Part shown: one piece after another, positions 9,688 to 18,861 of the stretch
Position numbering within the stretch: the first letter of the stretch is position 1
Layout of the letters: every line of letters starts with the position of its first letter
NCBI GenBank assembly: GCA_016218585.1
Contig: JACRDK010000004.1
Coordinates: forward strand, 85,347 to 149,346
Length of the DNA: 64,000 nt
Origin: Candidatus Doudnabacteria bacterium
Lineage (GTDB): Bacteria; Patescibacteriota; Doudnabacteria; UBA920
Direction of reading: 5' to 3'
The notes under the pieces: model-generated
What the model saw: only the letters and a program-made list of their open reading frames with translations
The model's database searches: none
What the model was told of the DNA's origin: nothing
Made by a program: the position numbers and the translations under genes

Positions 9688-11196
9688 ATGGCAAACGAAA
9701 TTCAAACAGATACAAAACTGCAAAAAGACTCCTCCCTAAAATGGTGGATTCTTTTGACTGTTATTGTCGGCACTTTTTTGGGCCGGCTTGACCAGACCAT
9801 TGTTAACCTGGCGCTGCCTAATATAATCAGCGACTTCGGCATATCGGTTTCCGCTGCCGGCTGGATTGCAACGGCTTATATTTTAGCCAATGCCGTGTTC
9901 GTACCAATTTGGGGCAAGCTCGGCGATACTTTGGGCCGCAAAAAAGTTTATATTCTTGGCTTCTCGATTTTTATTTTGGGTTCGGTCTTAGCCGGGTTAT
10001 CCTGGAATTTAAGCTCGATGATAATTTTTCGCGTCATCCAGGCCATAGCGGGCAGCGCCGACTACCCCACTGCTATGGCTATTTTGGCGGTTACATTCCC
10101 AACGGAAAAAGAACGCGCCCAGGCTTTGGGAATCTGGTCCGCCTCTTTTGCCGCTGCGGCTGTATTTGGCCCCCTGCTCGGCGGACCGCTAATTGATAAT
10201 TTTGGCTGGCGATCGGTTTTTTTAATCAACTTGCCAATTGGAATTTTGGGTTTGGTAATGGCTATGAAGTTTATTAAGGAATCCACCTCCGGACAAAAAA
10301 ATCCGGTGTTCGATTGGTGGGGCGCCGTTACTTTAGGAGTTTCTTTAACTTCCCTGGTTTTGGTTTTAGACAAAGGCACTGACTGGGGCTGGCTATCGCT
10401 TAACGCTTGGCTCTGCTATTTTGCCATGGCTGCCTTTGCTTACATTTTTGTAATGATTGAACATAAAGCCAAAGAACCAATTGTCGATTTGAAATTCTTT
10501 AAAATTGGCGCTTTTGTCAACACGCTTATAAACAACTTTATTGTGTTTATGGGTATGATGGGCGGATTATTTTTAATCCCCGTCTTTTCTCAAACCTATA
10601 TGGGCTATAACGCCACCGAAGCCGGCATGCTGTTTATTCCTATGGCCGCGGCATTAATGGCCGCCGCCCCGATTGGCGGAATGCTTACCGGCCGAGTGCA
10701 GCCGCGTTATGTTATTGCCGCCAGCACATTTGTTGCCGCCATTGGGTTATACATGTTCTCCTTCCTCGACGCAAAATCCGGAGCCATTGATATTATCCTG
10801 CCGCTAATTGTAATGGCGTTTGGCATGGGTTTTGGCATGGCCCAGCGCACCAATATTATCGCCTCAGTCGTAGATCCTCATGAGATAGGCATCGCCTCCT
10901 CCATTCTTGCTTTAGCCAGAAATATTGCCGGGGCATTTGGCATTGCGTTCTTTGCCACAATATTAACCAATGTTACCGCCAGCAATGTTTTAAAGCTTGG
11001 CCAACACAGCACAATTCATTCTACCAATCCGGCGGACTACCAAACTTTTATTGGTTTGATAATCTTAAAAGCTCAGGTTGATGCTTATAAAGTCGTCTTC
11101 CTTACGGCAGCCGCGCTGTTGCTAATTGGGGCTGTGAGCGCTCTTTGGATTAAAGTGAACAAGGTTCGAGACGATGTAGAAGTTTTTGTTGAATAA
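9688..11196 (+). CDS. DHA2 MFS efflux pump (EmrB-like)
   Basis: LDQTIVNLALP, GKLGDTLGRKK, WRSVFLINLPIG. Confidence 0.92.
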   Translation: MANEIQTDTKLQKDSSLKWWILLTVIVGTFLGRLDQTIVNLALPNIISDFGISVSAAGWIATAYILANAVFVPIWGKLGDTLGRKKVYILGFSIFILGSVLAGLSWNLSSMIIFRVIQAIAGSADYPTAMAILAVTFPTEKERAQALGIWSASFAAAAVFGPLLGGPLIDNFGWRSVFLINLPIGILGLVMAMKFIKESTSGQKNPVFDWWGAVTLGVSLTSLVLVLDKGTDWGWLSLNAWLCYFAMAAFAYIFVMIEHKAKEPIVDLKFFKIGAFVNTLINNFIVFMGMMGGLFLIPVFSQTYMGYNATEAGMLFIPMAAALMAAAPIGGMLTGRVQPRYVIAASTFVAAIGLYMFSFLDAKSGAIDIILPLIVMAFGMGFGMAQRTNIIASVVDPHEIGIASSILALARNIAGAFGIAFFATILTNVTASNVLKLGQHSTIHSTNPADYQTFIGLIILKAQVDAYKVVFLTAAALLLIGAVSALWIKVNKVRDDVEVFVE

Positions 11197-11222
11197 ACCT
11201 GTAAATTGAGGTAAAATTAGGT

Positions 11223-12536
11223 ATGAAAAAAATTATAATTTATCTTGTTTTCGTATTAAATTTAGCTGCTGTTATTTATTTGTGGTTCACCGGAACTTCG
11301 CACTACTTGCTAACCTCAGGCACTCAAAGCGGAATATTAATCGCCTTTGGCCGGTTGTTTGGCCTGTTGGGCGAATTTTTTATTTTATTGCAGTTAATTT
11401 TAATTGGGCGCATAACTTTTGTTGAACAGCAATTCGGCCATGACCGCTTAAACCAGCTTCACCGCTGGGTCGGCTATGGAATTGCTTTATTTTTTTTAGG
11501 CCATCCCCTACTGCTCACTTTGGGTTACGGACAAGCCAGCCAAACCGCCTTCATTCCCCAATTTTTAGATTTTTTAAAAAATTGGGAAGATGTTTTTAAA
11601 GCCTTGCTTGGGCTTATTCTTTTTATCATAGTTATTGTCACATCAATTATTATTGTAAAAAAACGTTTGCGTTACGAAACCTGGCACTTTACCCATATGG
11701 TTATGTATATAGCCATTGCCCTGGTTTTTGGCCACCAGACTAACAGCGGAGATTTAACCTCCGGCAGCCCGCTGTATTACTGGATGACGCTTAATTTTTT
11801 TGTCTTTGGATTAATTTTAATTTTTCGCTGGCTCAGACCGCTTTACCGTTTTTATCAACAGCAATTTTATATTGAAAAAATTGTTCCGGAAACTCCGGGT
11901 GTTTTTTCCATTTATTTAAAAGGGCGCGACCTTAAAAAATACAAATTCTACCCCGGCCAGTTTGCGAACTTAACATTCCTTCAAAGAGGAATGTGGTTTA
12001 CCCATCCCTTCTCTTTTTCCGCCGCCCCTAACGGAGAGTACTTAAGATTTTCCATTAAAGCCTCGGGCGATTTTACCAACAAAATAAACTCGCTAAAACC
12101 CGGCAGCAAAGTAATTATCGACGGGCCTTTGGGAGTATTTACGCCCGCCTCCGCAGTAAAAGATAAATTTTTGTTAATTGCCGGCGGCATCGGCATTACG
12201 CCGATTAGAGCCTTAGCCGAACATTTTGCCAAAGAAGGAAAAAATATTTTCCTGCTTTATGGCATGAGAACTCACCAAGATATTACCTTTAAAGACGAGT
12301 TGGAAAAACTCCAATTAAAATATCATTTTATATTGTCCGAGGTTATTGTCGCCCCCGGCAACGGCTTTGGCCAAGGGCGAATTAATCGCGAAACCATTAA
12401 ACAGCAGGTGCCGGATTTTTTAGAACGCGACATATATCTTTGCGGACCCACGCCAATGATGAAAGGCATACTTGCTGAGCTGAAAGCATTGGGAATGCCA
12501 AAAAAACAAATACATTACGAAAAATTTAACTACTAG
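11223..12536 (+). CDS. Ferric reductase-like TM / FAD-NAD(P)H oxidoreductase
   Basis: Heme His in TM part, HPFSFS, AGGIGITP, YLCGP, terminal EKF. Confidence 0.9.
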   Translation: MKKIIIYLVFVLNLAAVIYLWFTGTSHYLLTSGTQSGILIAFGRLFGLLGEFFILLQLILIGRITFVEQQFGHDRLNQLHRWVGYGIALFFLGHPLLLTLGYGQASQTAFIPQFLDFLKNWEDVFKALLGLILFIIVIVTSIIIVKKRLRYETWHFTHMVMYIAIALVFGHQTNSGDLTSGSPLYYWMTLNFFVFGLILIFRWLRPLYRFYQQQFYIEKIVPETPGVFSIYLKGRDLKKYKFYPGQFANLTFLQRGMWFTHPFSFSAAPNGEYLRFSIKASGDFTNKINSLKPGSKVIIDGPLGVFTPASAVKDKFLLIAGGIGITPIRALAEHFAKEGKNIFLLYGMRTHQDITFKDELEKLQLKYHFILSEVIVAPGNGFGQGRINRETIKQQVPDFLERDIYLCGPTPMMKGILAELKALGMPKKQIHYEKFNY

Positions 12537-12640
12537 TACCGTTTCATTTTAATAATGTCGTTCGCTAATGTTTGAAAACCCATCAAAAGATTGTTATTCA
12601 GAGAATCTTGATAGCTAAATTTAAAATGAAACGGCACTAG
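12533..12640. mobile_element. MITE-like element bounded by CTAG
   Basis: CTAG-TACCGTTTCATTTTAA ... TTAAAATGAAACGGCA-CTAG (15/16 inverted match). Confidence 0.7.
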
Positions 12641-12711
12641 CCTGCCCTGAAACAAAACTCCTTATTTCCCGATATAACCACTGTAAGCAAATAATTAATA
12701 AGGAGTAATTT

Positions 12712-14223
12712 ATGCAGAAAAAAACATTTGCCGTAATGGCGGCAACAATGTTAATGCTTTTGGGGCAAATGCTGCCTCAAACGCTACAAACAGCCTTTGC
12801 CTCGGCTAGCATTCCGGCAGCAGCGACAGTAAACGTCAGCTCGGACAGCAAAACAGCGAGCTCAATAGCCTTGCCCGCAATTATAATAACCGAAGGCGCA
12901 GCGGCTGATGTTGCCATTGGCACATACACCTGGGCTTTGCCCGCTGGCTTTGTTCTTGATACCACAAGCTCAACCGACGTGGTTTATGCAGGAGCAGGTC
13001 TTACCGGCTCGAGCACAGTGAGTTTCGTTGATTCAACTCACTTTAGCATTAATGTTACCGCCACTTCCACGGCCGCTGGAAGCATTACTATTGGCGCAGT
13101 AAACCCGATTAAAGTTAGAGTAACAAACGGCACCCCTTTAGCAACAACCGGTAAAATAACTTTAAGCAGCGGCAGCATTGCCGGAATAACCAATACTTCT
13201 GCTTTTGTAAACTTAGCGCAGGTTCCGGGAGCTGCCACAAAATTAGCATTTAGCCAGCAACCTCCGGCAACTCTAACCGCCAGCACCACTTTGTTTAATG
13301 CTTCAGTAGCGGTGCAGGATCAATTTGGCAATTTAGTAAGCTCCGACAACGGACGCGCCATTAATCTGACGCCGTCTGTAATTAGCTCTTCTCCTTTGGG
13401 AGCAATTTCCGGACAAATAAACATTAATACAACAAATGGCGTAGCAAGCTTTACAAACTTGTCATACAACCAAACAGGAATTATCCAATTGGTGGCGCAA
13501 AGCTCGGGACTAACCACTGCAACCAGCAATGCGATTACTGTTTCCGCCTCAACCGTCACCCCAACTCCAATTCCAACTAATGTAGATTTGCCAAATGGCG
13601 TGTTGGTAAAATTCCCCGGCGACTCGACCATCTATATGGTTGTAAACGGAACCTTAAGACCATTTACTTCTGCCGCAATTTTTAATGCCAGAGGCAAAAA
13701 GTTCCGCGATGTAAAAGAAATTGCCAAAGACTGGTTTAAACATTTCCGTGTTGGCAGACCGGTTGGCGATTCAGATGATGACAACATCCCAACTCCAATT
13801 GTTACCATAACTTTGCCGAGCACAACTCCGGTAAGCAGCATTTCCAGCAGCACTTTAGCCGGACTCCCTAACGGCACTGTAGTTAAAGTTGCAGGCAATC
13901 CGACGGTTTATTTAGTAACCAACGGCCAACTGCAGCCAATTCCTTCTCTGAACGTTTTCCATTCCTGGAAAAAACGTTTTGAAGACATTAAAGAAATTCC
14001 CGCTTCTATCTTAAATACACTACCCTTGGGTTCCCCGGCAACTTTTGCCGACGGCACTCTATTAAAAGGCCCGGGACATACAATTTATGTAGTAAAAGGC
14101 GGACAGCTTTATGGAATTCCCAGCATGAGCGTATTAGCAAAAAACGGCTGGTCCTTAAACAGCGTTTTACAAGTCCAAGCTCAAGACCTTACTTCCCTAA
14201 CAACAGGCGGAGTAGAAAACTAA
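12712..14223 (+). CDS. Secreted Ser/Thr-rich surface protein with three C-terminal repeats
   Basis: Signal peptide, Ig-like ATKLAF..QDQFGN, repeats LPNGxxVK..xxxYxVxxG; SD AAGGAG. Confidence 0.75.
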   Translation: MQKKTFAVMAATMLMLLGQMLPQTLQTAFASASIPAAATVNVSSDSKTASSIALPAIIITEGAAADVAIGTYTWALPAGFVLDTTSSTDVVYAGAGLTGSSTVSFVDSTHFSINVTATSTAAGSITIGAVNPIKVRVTNGTPLATTGKITLSSGSIAGITNTSAFVNLAQVPGAATKLAFSQQPPATLTASTTLFNASVAVQDQFGNLVSSDNGRAINLTPSVISSSPLGAISGQININTTNGVASFTNLSYNQTGIIQLVAQSSGLTTATSNAITVSASTVTPTPIPTNVDLPNGVLVKFPGDSTIYMVVNGTLRPFTSAAIFNARGKKFRDVKEIAKDWFKHFRVGRPVGDSDDDNIPTPIVTITLPSTTPVSSISSSTLAGLPNGTVVKVAGNPTVYLVTNGQLQPIPSLNVFHSWKKRFEDIKEIPASILNTLPLGSPATFADGTLLKGPGHTIYVVKGGQLYGIPSMSVLAKNGWSLNSVLQVQAQDLTSLTTGGVEN

Positions 14224-14231
14224 ACAAAAAA

Positions 14232-14273
14232 ATTATAAAACCCTTCCGATTAACTTCGGGAGGGTTTTATAAT
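14232..14273 (+). terminator. Intrinsic terminator
   Basis: ATTATAAAACCCTTCCGA-N6-TCGGGAGGGTTTTATAAT. Confidence 0.8.
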
Positions 14274-14474
14274 ACCTAGTTAAAATGGAACAGGGTTAAG
14301 TGACACTGAAAAATTCTATGTATTAAACACATGTAAACATTGATATTTTAGGCTTTGAGATCTTTAAAAAAACTGTCTTTTTGGCAGTTTTTTTCAGAAA
14401 AAAATTGTAAAGGCTAATAGTTGTTCATAATATGTTAATATACAATTATGTAAGCAATAAAATGTCCAAAATTT

Positions 14475-15995
14475 ATGTTTAGTGATAAAGTATACCAATT
14501 ATATAAGCCTTTCCGAAATCATTTACGTCATGTGGCTGTAGAAAATGCTTTCTTTGTGATTTGGGCATATGCCAATTTTTTTCAATTTGATACACCATTT
14601 CCAAAAAATATTGAAGTACACCAGGAAATACACAAAACAAAAAACTTACCCAATAGACCTCTGCACGAATGGGAGTTATCTTTGTTGGCAAGAGAAATAG
14701 TAATTAATGGGCAATCCTCGCTATCATTTGCTACAAAGAGCTTTCAAAATTGGATGTATTTTTCTGATGCCATAAACAAGTTAAAAGACTTTGAAAATAA
14801 AGCTTGGCCTGTTTTTGGAGGAATGAACAATATTCAAAAAGAAATCAGAAGAATAAGCCACCGTCAATTTCCTTGGCAGGCAAGAATCAATACTTCATTT
14901 TTTCTTAGGTATTATAAAATTTACAATAATCCCCTAATAAGCAAAATAATTGAAGAAAAAATTGGTATGACCTTACAGCAATGGTATACCATCGGAACAG
15001 CTTTGTTTGGCGCCACCTTAACTAATCCAAAATTTAACATTGACACTGAAATTTCAATATCCAATATAACAATGATAGAATTTAATAAATTTCTAAATCA
15101 TACATCAATTGGCCTTGATGACTTAAAAAAACTAATAAAAAAAGAAGTCTACTTTGATGATAGATTTATATACAGTTTTAATCCCCTAGAATACTACCCT
15201 TTAATTAACATAGGGCTATATTACTACTGTCCAATTCCAACCCTTTTAGCGTGGCGTATTACCTCAGGAATATATTTTGATTTAATTAATGAAAAAAGTT
15301 TTGGGCATCCTTTTGGTTTTGCTTACCAGAATTATATCGAAGAGATTACTAAAGTAGTTTTAGATAAGAAACAATATTCTGTTCATCCCGAACAAAAATA
15401 CATAGTAAATGGCGGTTCTCAAGATAGTATCGATTTAATAGTTAGTCAAAATAATTCGGCTTTATTCATTGAAGCCAAAGCTAAAAGACTTACCGTTAAA
15501 TCAAAAAGCGAGCTAGTTTCTGATTCAAATTATGACAAAGATTTAAATACTTTAGCAGATGATGTTGCTCAAGCATATGCAACGATAGATGATTATTTAG
15601 GAGGCTGTTATAAACATTTTCCTTATACAAATGAGATCAAAATTTATCCATTAATTGTTACCTTAGAAGAATGGTATTTATTAGGCGAGGATGTAAAAGC
15701 ACTAAGAGAAAAGGTTAAAATCAAAATTACCCAAAAAGGCTTAGCACTTGAATATTTGGACTCTATGCCTTACACTGTTTGCTCCACCGTCAATTACGAA
15801 GCATTTGTTCAAATTCTGAATAAACATTCAATTGTGGAGGTTATGGATTTATGGCTCGACCCCGAACGATATGGACATAATTTTGGACAATTTCTATCTA
15901 CCAACTATAAAAGAGAGTATAAATTTATTGACGACTATTTCCCTGGCGAGTTTGAAAAAATATATCCTAAGGGAATCATTTCAGAATCTATTTAG
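14475..15995 (+). CDS. Low-GC hypothetical protein with C-terminal PD-(D/E)xK-like nuclease motif
   Basis: PEQKY...DSIDLIV...LFIEAKAK; AT-rich codons. Confidence 0.6.
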   Translation: MFSDKVYQLYKPFRNHLRHVAVENAFFVIWAYANFFQFDTPFPKNIEVHQEIHKTKNLPNRPLHEWELSLLAREIVINGQSSLSFATKSFQNWMYFSDAINKLKDFENKAWPVFGGMNNIQKEIRRISHRQFPWQARINTSFFLRYYKIYNNPLISKIIEEKIGMTLQQWYTIGTALFGATLTNPKFNIDTEISISNITMIEFNKFLNHTSIGLDDLKKLIKKEVYFDDRFIYSFNPLEYYPLINIGLYYYCPIPTLLAWRITSGIYFDLINEKSFGHPFGFAYQNYIEEITKVVLDKKQYSVHPEQKYIVNGGSQDSIDLIVSQNNSALFIEAKAKRLTVKSKSELVSDSNYDKDLNTLADDVAQAYATIDDYLGGCYKHFPYTNEIKIYPLIVTLEEWYLLGEDVKALREKVKIKITQKGLALEYLDSMPYTVCSTVNYEAFVQILNKHSIVEVMDLWLDPERYGHNFGQFLSTNYKREYKFIDDYFPGEFEKIYPKGIISESI

Positions 15996-15999
15996 GATA

Positions 16000-16098
16000 T
16001 TGACTACCAGATGTTTTTAGTGTATAATTTTAACACAATAAATGTTTGACACAGCAAACATTTAAGTAGGCTCTTACAAACCTGTGTAAGAGTTTTTT
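16000..16098 (+). promoter_or_regulatory. Promoter with two-hairpin leader/terminator upstream of tRNA-His
   Basis: TTGACT-17-TATAAT; hairpins 16039-16064 and 16071-16092 followed by T6. Confidence 0.55.
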
Positions 16099-16143
16099 GT
16101 TCCCCCTTGTAACTTTCAACTTTATAACTTGAAACTTACTCAT

Positions 16144-16219
16144 GGCGGCTATGGTATAATGGTTATTACATCGCTCTGTGGCAGCGAGAATTCGGGTTCA
16201 ATTCCCGATAGCCGCCCCA
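16144..16219 (+). tRNA. tRNA-His(GUG) with encoded G-1 and CCA
   Basis: GCGGCTA/TAGCCGC acceptor stem, loop CTGTGGC, GTTCAATTC T-arm, C discriminator. Confidence 0.95.
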
Positions 16220-16220
16220 A

Positions 16221-16253
16221 TCAAAAAATCCACCCTAAAGGTGGATTTTTTGA
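16221..16253. terminator. Bidirectional terminator
   Basis: TCAAAAAATCCACC-CTAAA-GGTGGATTTTTTGA. Confidence 0.85.
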
Positions 16254-16256
16254 TTG

Positions 16257-16811
16257 TTATGCTTCTACATCTTGTTTATCGAGAATAAGCTCAAATAGTT
16301 GTTGCTTAATTTCCTCTATATTATATTCTCGCTGATTCTTAATTCTTAATAGAGATAAATTCGCATTCTTAAAAATACATCCAACCTCTTCATCCCGTTC
16401 AATGCGATTTTCCCTATCATGGGAACGATCATCTAATTCTACGGCCAACAAAGGTTTTCTGCTTTCCAAATCGCAAATTAAAAAATCAACAGACTTTTGG
16501 TTAATATGTTTCCATGCGCCTATCCAGCTTTGTCCACGAATTTTGTAATCTAAGAATGCGTCCAAATGCACCTGAGGAAATACAAAATATTGACCATCAA
16601 CTAAATTTAACAATATGCTATAAAACTCATTCTCAGAAGCCGTCATTACTGAATTTTTGACCCTATATTCGTACTTCCGAGCACGTTTTTGACCAATAAT
16701 CGCTGACAAAATAGCCATAACTACTAGAAGCGCAAAAAGCAACAGCAGCATATGACCACCTTGTGTGGTAAATAAACTAGTTATGATCTCCCAAAAATTT
16801 ATTTTTATCAT
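16257..16811 (-). CDS. DUF2726-domain protein
   Basis: TM, FPQVHL, KSVDFLIC, AVELDDRSH. Confidence 0.85.
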   Translation of the reverse strand: MIKINFWEIITSLFTTQGGHMLLLLFALLVVMAILSAIIGQKRARKYEYRVKNSVMTASENEFYSILLNLVDGQYFVFPQVHLDAFLDYKIRGQSWIGAWKHINQKSVDFLICDLESRKPLLAVELDDRSHDRENRIERDEEVGCIFKNANLSLLRIKNQREYNIEEIKQQLFELILDKQDVEA

Positions 16812-16909
16812 AATTTTGTTTTATTAACAGATATAATTTATAGCTACTTATTATTATTATTGATAAGATTTTGCTATACTTAATCAATCTTAACATTAAA
16901 TTGGACTTT

Positions 16910-17305
16910 ATGACTAATCCGACTAAAATGCAAATTAATGAAGACGAATTAAAACAAAAACTTACTCCCGAGCAATATAAGATTTTGCGGGAAAAAGGAA
17001 CTGAAGCGCCTTTTTCTTCTCCCCTGCTAAATGCCCACGACGGGATGTTTGCCTGCGCCGTCTGCGGCCAGGAATTATTTTCCGCCGACACCAAATTTGA
17101 TTCCGGCACCGGCTGGCCAAGCTTTGACCAAGCTATCCCCGGAGCAGTAGAATTTAAAGCAGATAAAGAATATGGGATGGAACGAACAGAGGTAATTTGT
17201 TCCAAATGCGGTTCTCACTTAGGCCACGTGTTTAACGACGGCCCAACTGATACGACAGGCAAGCGCTTTTGCATTAACGGCGCCTGTTTAATTAACAAAA
17301 AATAA
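16910..17305 (+). CDS. msrB: Peptide-methionine (R)-S-oxide reductase
   Basis: [32 protein letters not shown]; ATG 16910 preferred to the TTG of the ORF track. Confidence 0.95.
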   Translation: MTNPTKMQINEDELKQKLTPEQYKILREKGTEAPFSSPLLNAHDGMFACAVCGQELFSADTKFDSGTGWPSFDQAIPGAVEFKADKEYGMERTEVICSKCGSHLGHVFNDGPTDTTGKRFCINGACLINKK

Positions 17306-17321
17306 ATCTGATATTAAAAAA

Positions 17322-17363
17322 TGTAGTTAGCCGATTCATCGGCTCATAAATGAGCTAACTACA
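17322..17363. repeat. REP-like inverted doublet
   Basis: TGTAGTTAGCCGATTCATCGGCTCATAAATGAGCTAACTACA; GTAG foot on both strands. Confidence 0.65.
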
Positions 17364-17444
17364 ACAATCAAACAACCGTTTTGAAATAAGCTCAATCTAT
17401 TTTAAAAGCCTTTTTGATTAAAAGAGGCTTTTTAAATTTCAAAA

Positions 17445-17684
17445 CTAAAATATTAATCTGGCAATTACTACAGCGCCAATTAGCATCCATATAATATTCA
17501 GCCACAGCGGCTGACGGTCTTTTTTGCTGTAAGCCGCCATTGCAATACCCAATGACCCGGTAAAATTTAGTAATTGATACGGTAAGCCGCCCGGAACAAG
17601 GTAAGAAAAGCTAACCAAAAAATAAGCTCCCAAAATTGCAACTACCCCATACCAGCCAAAAACTTGAATATACTTATTTCTCAT
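17445..17684 (-). CDS. Small 3-TM protein (CBU_0592-like)
   Basis: GWYG..AYFL..YQLLN..LNIIW pattern. Confidence 0.75.
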   Translation of the reverse strand: MRNKYIQVFGWYGVVAILGAYFLVSFSYLVPGGLPYQLLNFTGSLGIAMAAYSKKDRQPLWLNIIWMLIGAVVIARLIF

Positions 17685-18010
17685 TTAATTCCTTTTAATT
17701 GTTTCTTTAATTTCTCAGCCCAGGTTTTCCCGGCGTCCCCGCCCCAAAGCAGCCAGGCAATATAGCCGTTAGATGGTTTTTCCTTGTTAAAAAAATTCTT
17801 GCCTTTTTTGTCCACCTCGTGCCTGGCAAAATATGAGACCATCCGGTAAATAGTATCCGGACTAACTGTTTGCCTGTTTTTTAACTCCCTGGCTCTGGCC
17901 CAGCCTACCGCAGTGCCGCCGCGTTTAAATTTGTGGTGAAGCTCAAGCCCTTTAGCCGCCTCTTTTGCCACGGTAACCGGCGGTTTTAAATTGATTGTTA
18001 TTTTAGCCAT
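17681..18010 (-). CDS. Small basic protein resembling a phage head-associated domain
   Basis: RGGTAVGWARA...RMVSYFARHE...IAWLLWGGDAG. Confidence 0.6.
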   Translation of the reverse strand: MAKITINLKPPVTVAKEAAKGLELHHKFKRGGTAVGWARARELKNRQTVSPDTIYRMVSYFARHEVDKKGKNFFNKEKPSNGYIAWLLWGGDAGKTWAEKLKKQLKGIK

Positions 18011-18014
18011 TAAA

Positions 18015-18812
18015 TTATTTGGTTACTGATAAATCTTTTACTGTTTCGGCCAACACCTTCACACTGCCGGAAACATGTTTTCCCTGTACTCTAATTGTAT
18101 CACTCAAATTAAAAAGTGATAAACTTAAAGTCTTCCCCGATTTATTTTGCAGCTTGGCCTTGGTAATATCTACCCCATAAATTACATTGCCATTGCCAAT
18201 AACCGTTATGGCTCCGTCGCTCTTCATAGTAAGCGTGCCGGTAAAATCTATATTTATTAGGCGCAAAGTGCCATTTACTTCCCTGGCCGCAATAACAGTT
18301 GTGCTGCGGTCCCACGCTCCTTTAACTGTCATGCTCATGCCCAATTCTAAATCTTTAAAAGTAGATGAGCTGCCATTCTTTTTAAACACGGTTAAACTGT
18401 CGGTCTTAATAGTTTGATTGCCATACTTAGAGCTTTGCAAAGTAAAACTCTGGCTCCAAGGGTCAATTTCTGTTATTTTGCCGCTAAAGCTGCCATTATG
18501 CGTATACAGCGACATATTGCGCAAAGAACTTGCACTAATGCTGTTGTCGCCCCAAAGTATTCCTTTAACTTCCACCTTGTCCCCCACTAAAATTTCCGTC
18601 AACCGCATGGGCGCGCCATTTTTCCTGGTAAGCGTTGCTTGGCCAACTTCGGCTGAATATTTTGCTCCGTTGCTGCTGGCAAGCACAACCGTGCTGCCGC
18701 TTATTTTCTGGGCGTAGCCGGTTATGGTTTTTGTCCCTGTTGCCAAAATTATTCCGGGCAACACAAAAAACATTACAACGGCCCCGCAGGCCAAACTGTA
18801 TATTTTTTTCAT
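18015..18812 (-). CDS. Secreted DUF5666-like repeat protein
   Basis: Signal peptide; three repeats ending VGDKVEVKG / LGMSMTVKG / DTIRVQG. Confidence 0.75.
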   Translation of the reverse strand: MKKIYSLACGAVVMFFVLPGIILATGTKTITGYAQKISGSTVVLASSNGAKYSAEVGQATLTRKNGAPMRLTEILVGDKVEVKGILWGDNSISASSLRNMSLYTHNGSFSGKITEIDPWSQSFTLQSSKYGNQTIKTDSLTVFKKNGSSSTFKDLELGMSMTVKGAWDRSTTVIAAREVNGTLRLINIDFTGTLTMKSDGAITVIGNGNVIYGVDITKAKLQNKSGKTLSLSLFNLSDTIRVQGKHVSGSVKVLAETVKDLSVTK

Positions 18813-18861
18813 TTTATTTCGCGTTAATTTTTATTTCGCCGCGGGCATTTGGACCCGCAGT

